Source: Octopus sinensis
Lineage: Eukaryota
Direction: 5' to 3'
Assembly (NCBI RefSeq): GCF_006345805.1
Contig: NC_042998.1
Coordinates: 102,796,001-102,860,000, forward strand
DNA: 64,000 nt
This document shows positions 36,597-49,788 of the stretch, one piece after another; the first letter of the stretch is position 1; each line of letters starts with the position of its first letter. A program made the translations under genes and the position numbers. The notes under the pieces were generated by a model. The model was given only the letters and a program-made list of their open reading frames with translations. It searched no databases and had not been told where the DNA came from.

Positions 36597-37569
36597 CTAA
36601 TAAAATGAGGTTACATTTGTATTTGATTCATTCCTATTAGATTATACCAAGCAGAAAGTTTCGTCTAAAGTCTTGTGGGTTTCTATTGTATGAAATATGT
36701 ACACAAACCCACGTATCTAGTTTTATTTCCCACTTTCTTATCCCCGCTTTATAGGCAGCTGTTAGATATCTCTCGAATATAAACGTCTCATCATTTCAAA
36801 AGGACTGCAGTACTGTAATGATAGTGAATTTTTGTTATCCGAGCATAAAGATAATTTCGATATGTATTAAACAGGCTATGTGCAATCAACATACTGTATG
36901 GAACAAATATTATTTCGCTGAATCTCTATAGTACATCACATCGGAAATTTATTTCATGTGATGCGGGATTTTCGGAAATAGAAATATCAGCATTTTAATC
37001 ATTCAGTGTGACAAATTCGTTATGCTAAGCAGAGAGATAGAGTTTAATCTTGTAATTTTAATGTCGTTTTAGTTCGTAGATTCTGGTTATAATTCGGCAC
37101 GAAAATAAACATATCTCTCAAAACTACACACAGATTGGTAGGTCATTGGTTCTGTTAATATGTTGATTAAGATGGTGCCTCTTGTTGATGATTTCCCAAT
37201 CTGATTACATTTACCAAATTAAATCAATGTTTACATAATCAACAAAAATAGAAATTTTTCGAGATAATAATAAAAAAAAATTGAAGTAATTTCAAGTTAT
37301 AATAATTATTCAATGAAACAATATAAACTGTGTGTTCTAACAATACACTCTAAACAACTATGAGTACGGTCTTAAACCAATATGATGTATTTTTATCTCA
37401 GAAGAAATATGTTTAGATAATAGTGCAATATTATGTTGAGAAGGATGAGACTTTTATTCTTTTTTTCTGTCAATGTAATCTCGTCATAGTGAAGAGAAAA
37501 TGTTAAAAAAGGACAATGTATTACAATAACAATGTAGTCGCGTCAGAAACAAGTGAATACATATAAACT

Positions 37570-37579
37570 AATGTATGTA

Positions 37580-37651
<72 letters not shown>

Positions 37652-37805
37652 CATACATACATACATACGTACAAACATACATGCATACATACATACACAC
37701 ATACATACATACACACATACATACATACATACATACATACATACATACATACATACATACATACATACATACATTCATACATACATACATACATACATAT
37801 ATATA
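37570..37805. repeat. (TA)n + (TACA)n compound microsatellite
   Basis: Direct reading; one of many such tracts (also ~25150-25650, 38360-38460, 38680-38830, 44240-44370, 45000-45150, 58810-58930). Confidence 0.95.
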
Positions 37806-38367
37806 TGGAGAAAATGGGAAAATATTGATCAGCAACAGTTGACTTACATCAATTATTATTTTTTAATTCAATACAAAAAGACTGTATCCTATCTAACAGC
37901 TGTTTCTGCTTCCAATGTTATATAGTATTGCCATTGGTATGATAAAAAAATATTGTTCATCATATTTGGCAATAAAACCAATTTGGAACATGAGATTTCA
38001 TCAGAGTGAAGAAAACTACACACAAGAAGAGCCTAGAGAGGAAAAGGAAACGCTGAATATGCTTAGATCATACCGTTTTGCTTATATACCTCTTTGGGAC
38101 GATGAGTAAATGACTAAACTCAAAGTAATAATTGGTGGCTTAATTTTTCTATGGGCGTAATAGGATGGAGAAGTAATGAAAAAAGTAAAACTATAAAAAA
38201 ATTACGATAACGGAATACACTAATAGGTTTAGTCAAAGAGGAAGTGAAGGTATCAAAGTTTTGAAGTAAGCATATTAGTTTTTAATAATTATGTCTATAG
38301 TTCTAATTAATAGTTTTCATCATAATAAAGTATCCAACAATTAATTTCAATTATTTGCTTACTAATA

Positions 38368-38454
<87 letters not shown>

Positions 38455-39384
38455 GCATATTTAAAGTATTTCTCAAAAAGTTTAAATGATGCATTCAAAT
38501 ATAAATATTGTTAATACAGAAAATATCGCTACTTAAAAATCAGGGTAACTTAAATGTATCATATATATTACTGAGAACTATATATATATATTAATGAGAA
38601 CAAATATGCCAATGATCGTAAAGAAAGTAATGATTATATAAAAACAATGTTACTACATAAATATATGCAAATACATATACATACATACGCACACACACAT
38701 ATATATGTATAGACATATATATGTGTGTGTATGTGTATATATGTACGTGTATGTATATGCATATATGTATATGTATATACATGTGTGTATATATATGTAT
38801 ATACTTATGCATATATGTGTGTATGTGTGTGCGCGTGCATTTACAAGGGAAGAGAAGAAAATTAACTCGAAGATTCGACCAATTGGCCTTCTTCAGTGGT
38901 TATTTAGCTAAACCTATGAAGCAACAGAGCTTTTGAGTTATCCTTTGAAACAACAGGTACCTCTTATATAAAGATATACTTAAGGCAAATATCAATACAT
39001 TAACACATACAAACATACATATACACATACACACATCTGATGGTCTGTGAGGGTGTTTAAGTAGAAAGTATTATTAATAGTGTCAGGAAGAACTCATAGT
39101 AAGCAAGTCTGCAGAGAATCAGTCTATCAAGTAACGTAGTATTTAACTTTTCAATGCAGATTTAACATTACCATGGTTCCTAAAATCCCGAACTCCAGAA
39201 ATCAATATTGTTACGTGTAAAATAAATATAAAACGTGAGGAATAAAATACATTAATTTCGTTTGTTAAAACTGTATACATTTCACAAATACTTTACATGC
39301 ATTTATGCTTAGATGTATATGATATATATATGCTCCAACCATTAACATTTAGTATATATAATTACCTGAAGATTTCAGAACAAT

Positions 39385-39600
39385 ATCTTGGATACAAAAG
39401 CCGTGAGAAGTGCAGATTTTCCTACCGATCACCGCATGATCAGATCAAAGATAAATTTTTCGTTCATGAAGTGTAATATGGAGATGAAAGTCCTATCAAA
39501 AATAAGCTAAACATCATGAAACTCAGAGACTCTACGCTGATAAAATAATTGCAGGAACAGGTAGATAAGTATTTGCAAGGATGGGTACATAAGGGAAACA
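39385..39600 (+). mobile_element. RTE-like LINE apurinic-endonuclease C-terminal fragment
   Basis: DTKAVRSADFPTDHRMIRSKINF resembles the SDH motif region. Confidence 0.55.
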
Positions 39601-40329
39601 AATTGTATAGTAATGCGCATATTTATATATTTAAAGAAATTAATGAATTTTATGCAATTGTTATACAATTTAAAATCGGCGTCGATAGCATAAGTGAATG
39701 GTAGTCTTGAAATGACGATTTGAATTTTTCAAGACTTATTTCCTGAAGCAAGACATGTTATTAACAACGAATAACAGTAAATATAACTTTTGAGTGACAG
39801 CTGCTTGTTATCTCCTTCAAATTATATTTCTATGAATAAACAAAAGCATTTTCTATTATACCACTTTTGAACACTTCAAATTTATATAAATTTATAAACT
39901 GATAAATTTATATTTCTTTCCTTTAATATTTAAAACAAATCTTTACCTAAACATTTTCAACAATTGCAAAATCTAATATTATTTTTAAATATATTTGTCA
40001 ATAATATTCGCCAAATATAAGCTAACGAATAAATTAATATTTTGTATCATGAAATTTATAATTCAATTGCTGGCAAATTCAAAAATATATTTAGAATTAA
40101 ACATACAACTGCAAGCATAGTGAAAACGGTGCATATAGTATTAATTATTTGTAGATATCTTTGAACGAACTATATCATTTAAAAATCTTTATTAAAAGAA
40201 TTTTTACCATATATATTACATTGTATGTTACATAGAGTGTTTTCTCGAACAGATAGTAAAAGACATCACATAATAAGTTATAACACTGGGAAAAGGCTGC
40301 AACTAATAACCAGGAATATAGACTATTGA

Positions 40330-40445
40330 ATCAAATCCACTCAGAAGGATTCGTTTCAACCCACTGGCACAAGTTGCCACGCAGTGGGACTGAATCCGGA
40401 ACCATGTAGTTGGGATGCAATCTTCTCATCACACAGCCACACCTG
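40330..40445 (-). mobile_element. SINE head fragment (46407 family)
   Basis: Reverse complement: gtggctgtgtgatgagaag..acatggttccggattcagtcccactgcgtggcaacttgtgccagtg. Confidence 0.75.
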
Positions 40446-40499
40446 GGTACGTCTAGGGACTCGGCCTAAGCTTTAGGCTATCCATAATATCTGATTCTT

Positions 40500-41150
40500 G
40501 TTTTAAGTAGATCGAAATACTTCAGGTATAGAAAATGCCTTGAAAAACAGTCGCAAGGGGGGTAACAGCATGAATCAAGTGAATTCCACCAGGAATCATA
40601 ACAGCAATTTTATGATTTATACAAAAGATGGGACGTGTAGAGATTCCCATTTGGTGTACGCGGCAGAATGCACGAAACACAACTTGAGTTATGTTGGTAG
40701 TACAACAGAACAATTAAATAGAAGGTTTAATGATCACAGGTTCGACCTCACACACAATAACAGTATTCCGACAGAACTTGCCGTGTATTTCGTTTTGAAT
40801 AAAAAGACTTGAAAGTGCATATTCTCAGAAAATATTCTGAATCTGCTTCACTTTCACTTCTCAGAATGCATGAGAGGAAATATGTTTGCGGGTTATTAAC
40901 ATCACGCACTGGAGGAAAGAATAGAATGACAGGAGAATATCATCAAATTTATACAAAACTGTTTGATTAAATGTACTTCTTCCTTTTCTTTTTTCTGTCT
41001 TTATCTTTTCGCCTGTTATATAACTGAAACTTAAAGACTGATGATGTCATTCCATCAACATGTGGTCGTTCAACCAATAAATTAGAATCGCATCGCGCTC
41101 TTCGTCTTAACTCTTTAGCTTTGTGAAGAGATACGTCAATCCTTTTTAAA
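40500..41150 (+). mobile_element. Penelope-like element 3' fragment (GIY-YIG endonuclease + pLTR-like tail)
   Basis: TCRDSHLVYAAECTKHNLSYVGSTTEQLNRRFNDHR..TELAVYF; degenerate continuation HERKYV..L; runs into (ATT)n. Confidence 0.8.
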
Positions 41151-41155
41151 ATATG

Positions 41156-41211
<56 letters not shown>

Positions 41212-41249
41212 CATTACTTCTACTACTACTATTATTATTATTATCTATT

Positions 41250-41665
41250 TATCACAGGTTTTGTTGGAGCTTCTGGAGTCTTGCATGCGTAGCGAGCTTA
41301 CTAACTGCAGCCTACCGTACCATGCTATTCGTTCTTTTCAACTATCTAAAACTTCCCTGATTCTTCTGTTCCTGCGAGGGATGCAAACATTTTGTAACAT
41401 TTCTACTGGGCACTCTATTCCAATTTGCTTTTTATTCCTCTTAAAGCCTTCTGATACATTTCCCAAGGCCCCAACAATAATTGGGACTCTCTTCACCTCT
41501 ATTTTCCATTGCCGGTTTATTTCGTACTTAAGAGGGTTGTATCTATCTATATTTTCGCCTTTCTTCTTGACTATTTGTGGGTCAAAGGGGAATGTAACAG
41601 CAACTATATAGCACATGCGGTGCAGCTTCTCCACCACCGCTAGATCAGGTCTGTTACGCTCTAGG
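41250..41665 (-). mobile_element. R4/Dong-like 3' (RLE) fragment with (TAA)n tail at 41155-41245
   Basis: RPDLAVVEK..CYIVAVTFPFD..RYNPLKYEI..W..VPIIVGALG. Confidence 0.8.
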
Positions 41666-41739
41666 ACTTGATTCGTTTGAATATGAAAATTCCAGAGGCT
41701 TTTGCTACTCTCCGACTCCGCAACTTATACCACATCTTG

Positions 41740-41845
41740 ATTTCTTCTTCTTTTTCTTCTTCTTTTTTTTCTTCTTCTTCTTCTTCTTCTTCTTCTTCTT
41801 CTTCTTCTTCTTCTTCTTCTTCTTCTTCTTCTTCTTCTTCTTCTT
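41740..41845. repeat. (TTC)n microsatellite
   Basis: Direct reading. Confidence 0.95.
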
Positions 41846-42787
41846 TTGGAAAATACTGGAAAACAGGTGAATGGATTTTCACCAAATTTCGCAGAAATAC
41901 TTATTGGGTAAGTAACGCTAAATGATGGAAATTTGGTTTGATTATCTTCAAACATACATAAATACATATATAGATATGTGAGTTTCTGTGTGTGTATATA
42001 TGAGTGTTTGTGCGTACAGTGATGGGCCCGGAGGTTTCGATTATTTACGAGTTGATTTCTTAATTTCACCGGAATATAAATACCTATAATGGTATACTTA
42101 AAACCAAAACTAAATCGAACTTTAAAAATTCCTGAGAAACAAATGGTCATATTATTTATATCCTACAATGAACAACAGTACGTTTCATTCAACCGCCAGC
42201 ATTAAAAGACGTTCAAAACACAAATGTTTTCTGTTCTAATCGAGCCCCAAACGTCATTTACTTTGCCTGTGGCTCCCCTTACTTTCACTCTGTCCATATA
42301 TCTGACATTTGGTGGTACTTCATTGTTCCCATGACACATTTTACCTTACAGCATTTCTAGTATCTCCTTCACTTCGTCATTCAAGCCATAAATATAGCAT
42401 TAACTATCATTTTTGCAACTAGATCATCTTCCCTATTTATTTCATAAGCTATCTCAGGCATAAAGATTTCCCTGTTTTTCATATTCTCCTCTCTTACAAC
42501 TTTGTACCACTGCTGTCTCTCTTCCGACTCATTTTTGACTCTTTATGCAGACAAATCCACTTGTACACATACACACACACACACACACACCACACACACA
42601 CAAACATACATATAAGTATATATAATATTTTATATTTATATATATGTGTGTGTGAGTGTGTTATATACATATATACATTGTATAGTTTCCCATCCGCAAG
42701 AGCGCGATGCAATGCAGGATGTGTCGAACGATCGTTGTAATAAAGTACCCAGTATATTCTATCTTCTGTATCCTCTGTTTTTACAAC

Positions 42788-42842
<55 letters not shown>

Positions 42843-43175
42843 AACACACACATACACTCACTCACTTATATATATTGATAGAAATGGCAAGACAACAAAA
42901 GAATGAAAGAGACCTCGATATTATGTAAATAGAGAAATAGAGGTGTTTTTTCTCTTATTGCAAATTTTTTACATTTTTTTACACATTTTTTTCTGTATTT
43001 TGCCTTTAGCCGTCTTTTCTCTTGTGCATATGCGTATATAGACGTGTGTATGAACCTTTTTGTGCGCGTGGGTGTGTGTGCGAGCGTGTATGCGGATATG
43101 TATATATTTTTTCCGAATGTGTGGGTGAGCATGTATGTGTTTCAAGTGAGTGTTGATGAGTATATACGTATATAG

Positions 43176-43258
43176 GCGCATGTACGTGTGTGTGCGGGCG
43201 CGCATGTACGTGTGTGTGCGGATGCGCATGTACGTGTGTGTGCGGATGCGCATGTGTA
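43176..43258. repeat. 24-bp tandem repeat x3.4 (gcgcatgtacgtgtgtgtgcggat)
   Basis: Direct reading. Confidence 0.85.
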
Positions 43259-43393
43259 TGTATGGACATTTTCACTCCCTTACCTTTACTCCCTCCCCTT
43301 ATGTAGCGGTCATTCTAATAGCTCTTTTGTCTTCATAACGGTCAATCACACAGTAATTTCACTTTGTTTTCACGGTCATTTTCATAGCATTTT

Positions 43394-43475
43394 TCGATGG
43401 CGCGATAACTGATGAGATGCCGGCGTGGATCTCCGCCCCCACATCCGAAACTCGGAGTTTTATCATAGCTATCGA
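43394..43475 (+). ncRNA. Predicted extended type I hammerhead ribozyme, cleavage after GUU at 43459
   Basis: Helix I gataa/ttatc + internal loop + tcgatggc/gctatcga; CUGAUGA 43409-43415; helix II gatg/catc + ggcg/cgcc; GAAAC; helix III actc-g-gagt. Confidence 0.75.
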
Positions 43476-43505
43476 ATAATTGTCACATATTATACTTACA
43501 GATAT

Positions 43506-43537
<32 letters not shown>

Positions 43538-43725
43538 CATATATACTTTATAACAAGAGTTCAGCAAAGATTTGCTTTACCACATCCCGAAGTTTGGAAA
43601 TATCAGCCAAAAAACCTTAGCTATTTCTTCTACTTTAAAAAGGGACTCCCAGAAAAACACAATACTTGAAAACAATCCACGCAAGCAGAGAGGAAAAATA
43701 ACGAAAATCAATCCATATCTGATCA

Positions 43726-43807
43726 CCCATGTACGCGTTTCGTAATTAGACCGGTATAAAGAATATAGAATTATATTTTACCCAACCATTTCCTTCATCA
43801 GCACCTC
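43726..43807 (-). ncRNA. Degenerate type I hammerhead (left arm)
   Basis: CUGAUGA-aggaa...aattac-GAAAC-gc-GUA-catggg; the 5' helix I strand is disrupted. Confidence 0.45.
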
Positions 43808-43930
43808 ATCAGAACCTCATTCGTATTTTGAATTCGGCGGTACTAACACTGCACATGATCTGTCTGATACCGTTAGGTGGAGAGATACGTTCAATTCTTC
43901 CAGTGCCTTCGAATTTAATATTGTTGAAGT

Positions 43931-44017
43931 CCCATGCTGATGAAGCAAATGGTTGGGTAAAGTATAATTCTATATTCATTATACCGATCCGATCTAATTC
44001 CGAAACGCGTACATGAG
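43931..44017 (+). ncRNA. Predicted type I hammerhead (right arm), cleavage after GUA at 44011
   Basis: cccatg-CUGAUGA-a..aattcc-GAAAC-gc-GUA-catgag; palindromic ACGCGU helix III; helix II imperfect. Confidence 0.55.
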
Positions 44018-44252
44018 TGATCTGGGAGTCCCTTTTTAAAGTAGAAGAAATAGCTAAGGTTTTTTGGCTGCTATTTCAAAACTTCGGTATGTGGTAAAGC
44101 AAATCTTTGCTGAACCTAATTATAAAGTATTACTTAAGTTTACCGTGAAATGCTTCTTTTTTCATGCCGAATTCTACTTGGTGAAATTATTGATTACTTC
44201 ATAATTAATTAAATTTACCCTTCGTTATAATTGTTATTATATACATATATAT

Positions 44253-44338
<86 letters not shown>

Positions 44339-45071
44339 ATGTATGTATGTATGTATGTATATGTATATATAAAGAAAGACATAAATAGATAAATAGATAG
44401 ATATACAATACGAATTATAGCTCGTTGTTTAAAAGAACTAACTATATTCTTGGAACAATATTCCGTAAACATCTAAATATATTGTTGATATATTTCTTTA
44501 ATGTGCTATCTGTTATGTCTTTAAGCGTTTATTTAGAAATTCGGATCTGGTAATTAAATTATTTACTTTACAAAATTTGATTTCTCAAATATTGCTAAAA
44601 TATCCGTGCGAAATTTGTGCAAATTAATTACAAGGACCAGAATAGATTACCAAAATATACGGATTTATGATTAGATTTATGATTATGATTCAAATGAATT
44701 TTAATGCACAAGCAAAAACAGAAAACCTTTTATTCTCTAAGGTAAGCGAAATACGTTTGGCACATTTGAATGTAAACAGCCGAAAATGGATCTTGGTGGA
44801 TTCGAAAAGGTAATTTATAAATAATAGATTGTAGAAAGTAAATTCTTGATAGATGATGAGTTTTGAGTAAGATAATGGAGAGTGTTTTATGTGGTCTGTT
44901 GCAATTTTATTGCGTTTCCAGAAACATTCCCATGTGACTAATTAAATGAAATCATTTTCTGTAAATTAAATTCCACCTACCGTGCTAGACGCATACACAC
45001 ACATACACACACATATATGCATATGTATTTGTATATGTATATGTATGTATATGTATATGTATGTATATATA

Positions 45072-45128
<57 letters not shown>

Positions 45129-45152
45129 CCTACATACATACATACATACATA

Positions 45153-45850
45153 CCAAAGGTGTTCATTTAAGACTTCCTCTGAACCACTTTCGGTTATTGT
45201 AGGAAGCGGAGCTTGTACAGGTCATTACATGCCACATTGTCAATTGCAGCTTTCCACTAGTATGCGCTTGTATTTTACAACTGCTGAAGTAGACAAAGGT
45301 GTTATAATGAAGACAGTTGAATGCTGATCAGTGATCAGGTACTTATACTTGAATGGTCGTACACCAAAAGAGAATTTCTGATGAGAAGAAAGAATTTTAT
45401 GGTGACGGTGCAACATCACACGACGTTGTCAATTACTGGCATCGCCTATTCAAATGTGGTCGAACATCGGTAGAAACCGCTCCTATTCCTGAGCAATCAC
45501 ATTCTGCCATTGACGCTGGCACCATTCCAAAAGTGTAAACTGCCATTTTCGAGAATCAACACATAGATGCTCGGCAACCAGTTCAAAAAGTGAAGATATG
45601 TGTAGAGCCCGTGGAAAAATTCCTTCATGATCATTTGCACATGTGGAAGTTGTTTGCACGATGGATTCCCCGGATACTCACACCTTTACAGAAGCAGGGA
45701 CGATTCAATTGAGCCTAGGCTCATTTGATAATGTGCCAAGTAAAGGGGAGGAGCTTTCGGTTAACGTATCACTTAAAATGAAACATGGGTCCGTCTCTTA
45801 TTCTGGGACTAATGTCCAGTCGAAGCAATGGAAGCATAACTCACCACCTC
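45153..45850 (+). mobile_element. Mariner transposase relic (N-terminal half)
   Basis: FYGDGATS..VVNYW..FKCGRTSVE; ARWIPR.LT-like; ETWVR..S..QSKQWK fragments; interrupted by a microsatellite. Confidence 0.75.
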
Positions 45851-46406
45851 CACAGATACATATATATGTGTATGTGTGTGTGCGTGTGCGCAAGCGCACA
45901 AAAATACATACATACAAGCATATATTTTGTCTCACAAATGGTATATGAATATGTTTGTGAATATGCAGATAATAAAGAAAGTTTAACAAATCAAAATCAG
46001 GTGACAGTTAAAAATATTTCAGCTATATTTATGTAATTCAAGATGTAATATTGGAAATTGCCGCCCATGTAAATTTTGGATTTTTAATACGTAATTTGCC
46101 CTTTACGTTTTGTTAAATTTTATTGGCTAATTTTTGTGAGGAGTTCGACAGCTCAATTAGCACTTCTTAGGCTGTTCAGGACGAATTGATATATGAGAGA
46201 CATTGCTGTGAAAACATTTTTATGTGGTATCTTTAAATTTTAATGGACGTCTCGCGTAGACTTTGTTCTTTATATTAAAATATGCAATTATTTTAAATTG
46301 CATATGCAGCTGTTTGAATAAATACCTTGATAAAATTAAATATAGGAAAAATTTTAATGCATTTAGTCTATGACATATAGTATTTACACAAAAGAATTGT
46401 ATATAG

Positions 46407-46581
46407 GCGTAGGAGTGGCTGTGTAGTAAGTAGCTTGCTTACAAACCACATGGTTGCGGGTTCAGTCCCACTGCCTGGCACCTTGGGCAAGTGTCTTCTA
46501 CTATAGCCTCGGGCAAACCAAAGCCTTGGGAGTGGATTTGGTAGACGGAAACTGAAAGAAACCTGTCGTGTATATATATAT

Positions 46582-46638
<57 letters not shown>

Positions 46639-46870
46639 CATATGTGTGTGTATATGTTTGTGTGTCTGTGTTTGTCTCCCCAACATCGCTTAATAACTGA
46701 CGCTGGTGTGTTCACGTCCCCGTAACTTACCGGTTCGGCAAAAGAGTCCGATAGAATAAGTACTAGGCTTTAAAAGAATAAGTCCTGGGGTTGATTTTCT
46801 CGACTAAAGGCAGTGCTGCAGGATGGCTGCAGTCAAATGACTGACACAAGTAAAAGAGAGAGTAAAAAGA
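46407..46870 (+). mobile_element. tRNA-derived SINE with internal (TA)n
   Basis: ggcgtaggagtggctgtgtagtaag..gggttcagtcccact head, caccttgggcaagtgtc central domain, 3' body shared with 29360-29540. Confidence 0.85.
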
Positions 46871-49657
46871 GAGTATCTGAATAAATGTGCATGTTTTGCA
46901 TGACAAACAGTTAAACGAAATCTTATTTAGTTCGTTTTAATTATTGGCGTATTAGTATAACTTCAATTTCATTTTTGACATTTTCAATTAAAATCATTTA
47001 ACCATCTTAACAACAAGTATTCACTTATATAATTTGATCTCCTATACTCGATTAGCTATTATAATGTTATCGAACACTCTATATATGGGGAGTTTATCAA
47101 TCACCCCAAAACTTCTAATACTCTTTCATTTTCCCTAACAAATATAATTAAGTTTTCCAATTGAAATCACCAGATTACATCTATCTGTGCATTGGCTCTG
47201 TACTGTAATGTTTATATATTTACTAATTATAATACTATTCAGTAATGATTTCCTTCTCTGTTTCTGACTTCAAATATTCCCTGAATGTTTGCGTTTTAAC
47301 TGCATGTGATAAATTAAATACTAATTAATCATACGGTGAAGCAGATTTAAACGAATTGATATTCATTAATCTTTGGTCTTGTACTTAATCAACGATTCAT
47401 TACATATTAATAGTGACAAGGTTCTGCAGCAGGGTAAGATCTTAAATGTATAATGAATAAATTGTAGTGTTTAATTTTTAATCTCAAAGCATCGCTGATT
47501 TTAAGCTCTTTATCTGTCAGTTATAGAAACACGAGCTCAAAATATTTAAACGGATCTACTTTATGTATATATATTGCATCAGATTTCAACATTAAATCCT
47601 ATAAGTAATGCATACTTGTTTACTAACATGCAGCCAGGCATCTGTCTTGTGAAACGTGGACTTTGAATATATAACCTTAAAACAGATTCGCTTGTCCATA
47701 TCAAATAATAACATATTTTGAATACACAAGTCAATGAACCGTACTAACCATTAAGTTAGTTTAAGAGTAATATGAATGACAGGACTAATAGATATGAATA
47801 GAAAGACCAGTAGCTGTCCAATTTCAACAATTCTACTTGATGAACAAAGTTATAAACTCATTTTCTTATTGTGAAATATGGAAATAAATTTATACAAAGC
47901 GTGCATTAAATCTGTTAAGGGTGATGTAACAATAGTATGCAAGTATATCAAATATCAAACAAAAATATGTGTATATTAGAAAAACTATTATGAAAGCATA
48001 ATTATCTATTCATTCACATTAAACCAAATATTTGGGATAATGAGCAATAAAATGAAACAAAATAAATAACCAACATTAAATTAATGAGATAAAAGTGTCG
48101 AATAATTTCCTTGGCAAAATTTACGATGATTATGTTGAAAAAGAATAGATTAGTTTACTTTTGAAAATATATCTTGTTTTTGATGTTTTCGAATGGTTTC
48201 TTCGACAAATAGTCGTTTGATTATATATTGTTTCTAATTTTAAAATAAATTATCGTTCAGCTAAAAGGAAATTTCAATTAAATATGACTATTATGAGATT
48301 GAATATGGAGTGTAATCCATAATATATATACCGCATAATTACGTAATCAATATTGTCTGACGTTTATGAATATCAGTCCGCAATTATTGATTTGATGACA
48401 AAAATGATGTGCATTCATGTAGCATGATACACATACACTAAGGAAATTTAAAAAATAACATCTAACGGACAAAGTTAGGCTAAGAGACTTGTATACAAGC
48501 ACACTCATTCACACACAGCCTTAACTACACACATATATGCACCATGGCTTTGTACAAGGTGTACGCTTCCCAAACACAAGTTTTAAGGTCAGCCCACCAA
48601 CTTAACAAACTCGTTTCTACTATATTTCCATGTTATGCAAAGCTTTGCATGTGAAATAATGGACGAAAGCTGAGTGGAATGTCCTCCTGTGTGCATAAGC
48701 AAAAATACTATCGTATTATCCAAATTTAAAGGACTGTATTGTTCGAAAGCCGAATACTGCAATATTCTTTTTGAGACGTCCTGTGATATAGACGTACGGT
48801 AGTAAGAGTAAAGCATATATCGTAGCAGATGTGAATCCTCTGTCATGGTGCCGGAAGTGAGATCCCGTGATGACAATGAGCGGCGCCTCTTCAGTGCGCT
48901 TCTTCAATGCATATCAGCCAAATCACCCTGCTAACGATATATATATAATACCAGTGTCTTTCGGTAACTAATGACGCAAAGAGTCAGCAGGCTTATTGAA
49001 AAATAGATGTCAGCAAGGAAAGTAGTAGAAAGCAGTATAAAAACCGAAAGGTAAGCTTTGAATCCATCTTAACGTAGATACATTGTTAGAACGCTCAATA
49101 GTTTGTTAATTGTCTTAAGAGGTCCTTTCAAATGGATGCATGGTGTATAAAAGCACAGATAAATATCGCATCAGACAGGGATCACATGGAATTTTTTAAT
49201 AAACCTGTTCTCTAATTACGATATCAGATTGATCTGGTTTTTCCTCAAATAAAAAACCTCTTCCTTTCAGACAAAATATTTTTTTCAAAATATAATTCAC
49301 TGGTGTAATGGTAGTTCGAAACACAGGGATTTAAACCTCATTCAGAATCATGTTGGTCGACGCTACTCAACAGACGAGCGTGTCTCACAACATCACACGC
49401 TCTTGTGTATTTGCGGTCATATGATAAATGCAGCACAAATTTGTTTACTGATTCTCGTAACGAAGGGCTCGTGTTCTTATGAGATTCATCGGCCAATTGA
49501 GGGCATACAGAACGAGGTTAAAATTGATAGATGATATTTTTGATAATGCATAACTTCAGTTATTGTGATAATTCTCCAGTATGTTACACAGACAAATGAT
49601 ATTGGCTGTTAACATTATTGTCTAAGATATTAGACCAGTGCCCATTCATAAATGTAC

Positions 49658-49788
49658 CTGAATATATGATTCTGCCTCCATATTTCTTCTCCATAAATGA
49701 TACTTATGGAATATATGATGTTCTATTTCATCTGATACCACAGGTATTTCAAATACTTCGTCATTTAAAACACGTTTTATTCGACTAC
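49658..49788 (-). CDS. Candidate 131-nt host exon (GSRIKRVLNDEVFEIPVVSDEIEHHIFHKYHLWRRNMEAESYIQ)
   Basis: ttttaatttag|G acceptor, CAG|gtacat donor, stop-free frame with protein-like composition (within ORF 49646-49870). Not recognised. Confidence 0.45.

Larger units (their letters stand above)
43543..44130. mobile_element. Inverted pLTR-like pair (43543-43801 / 43937-44130), each arm carrying a hammerhead
   Basis: Arms are reverse complements (agctatttcttctactttaaaaagggactccc); the left arm has ~70 extra bp. Confidence 0.75.

Noticed and set aside
38855-38905. Minus-strand CTGAAGA-aggcc-aatt-ggtc-GAATC motif
   Set aside because: GAAA is mutated and helix I is absent; at most a dead relic.
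41035-41125. CTGATGA downstream of the GIY-YIG fragment
   Set aside because: The position fits a PLE pLTR hammerhead, but I could not find GAAAC or a consistent three-helix fold.
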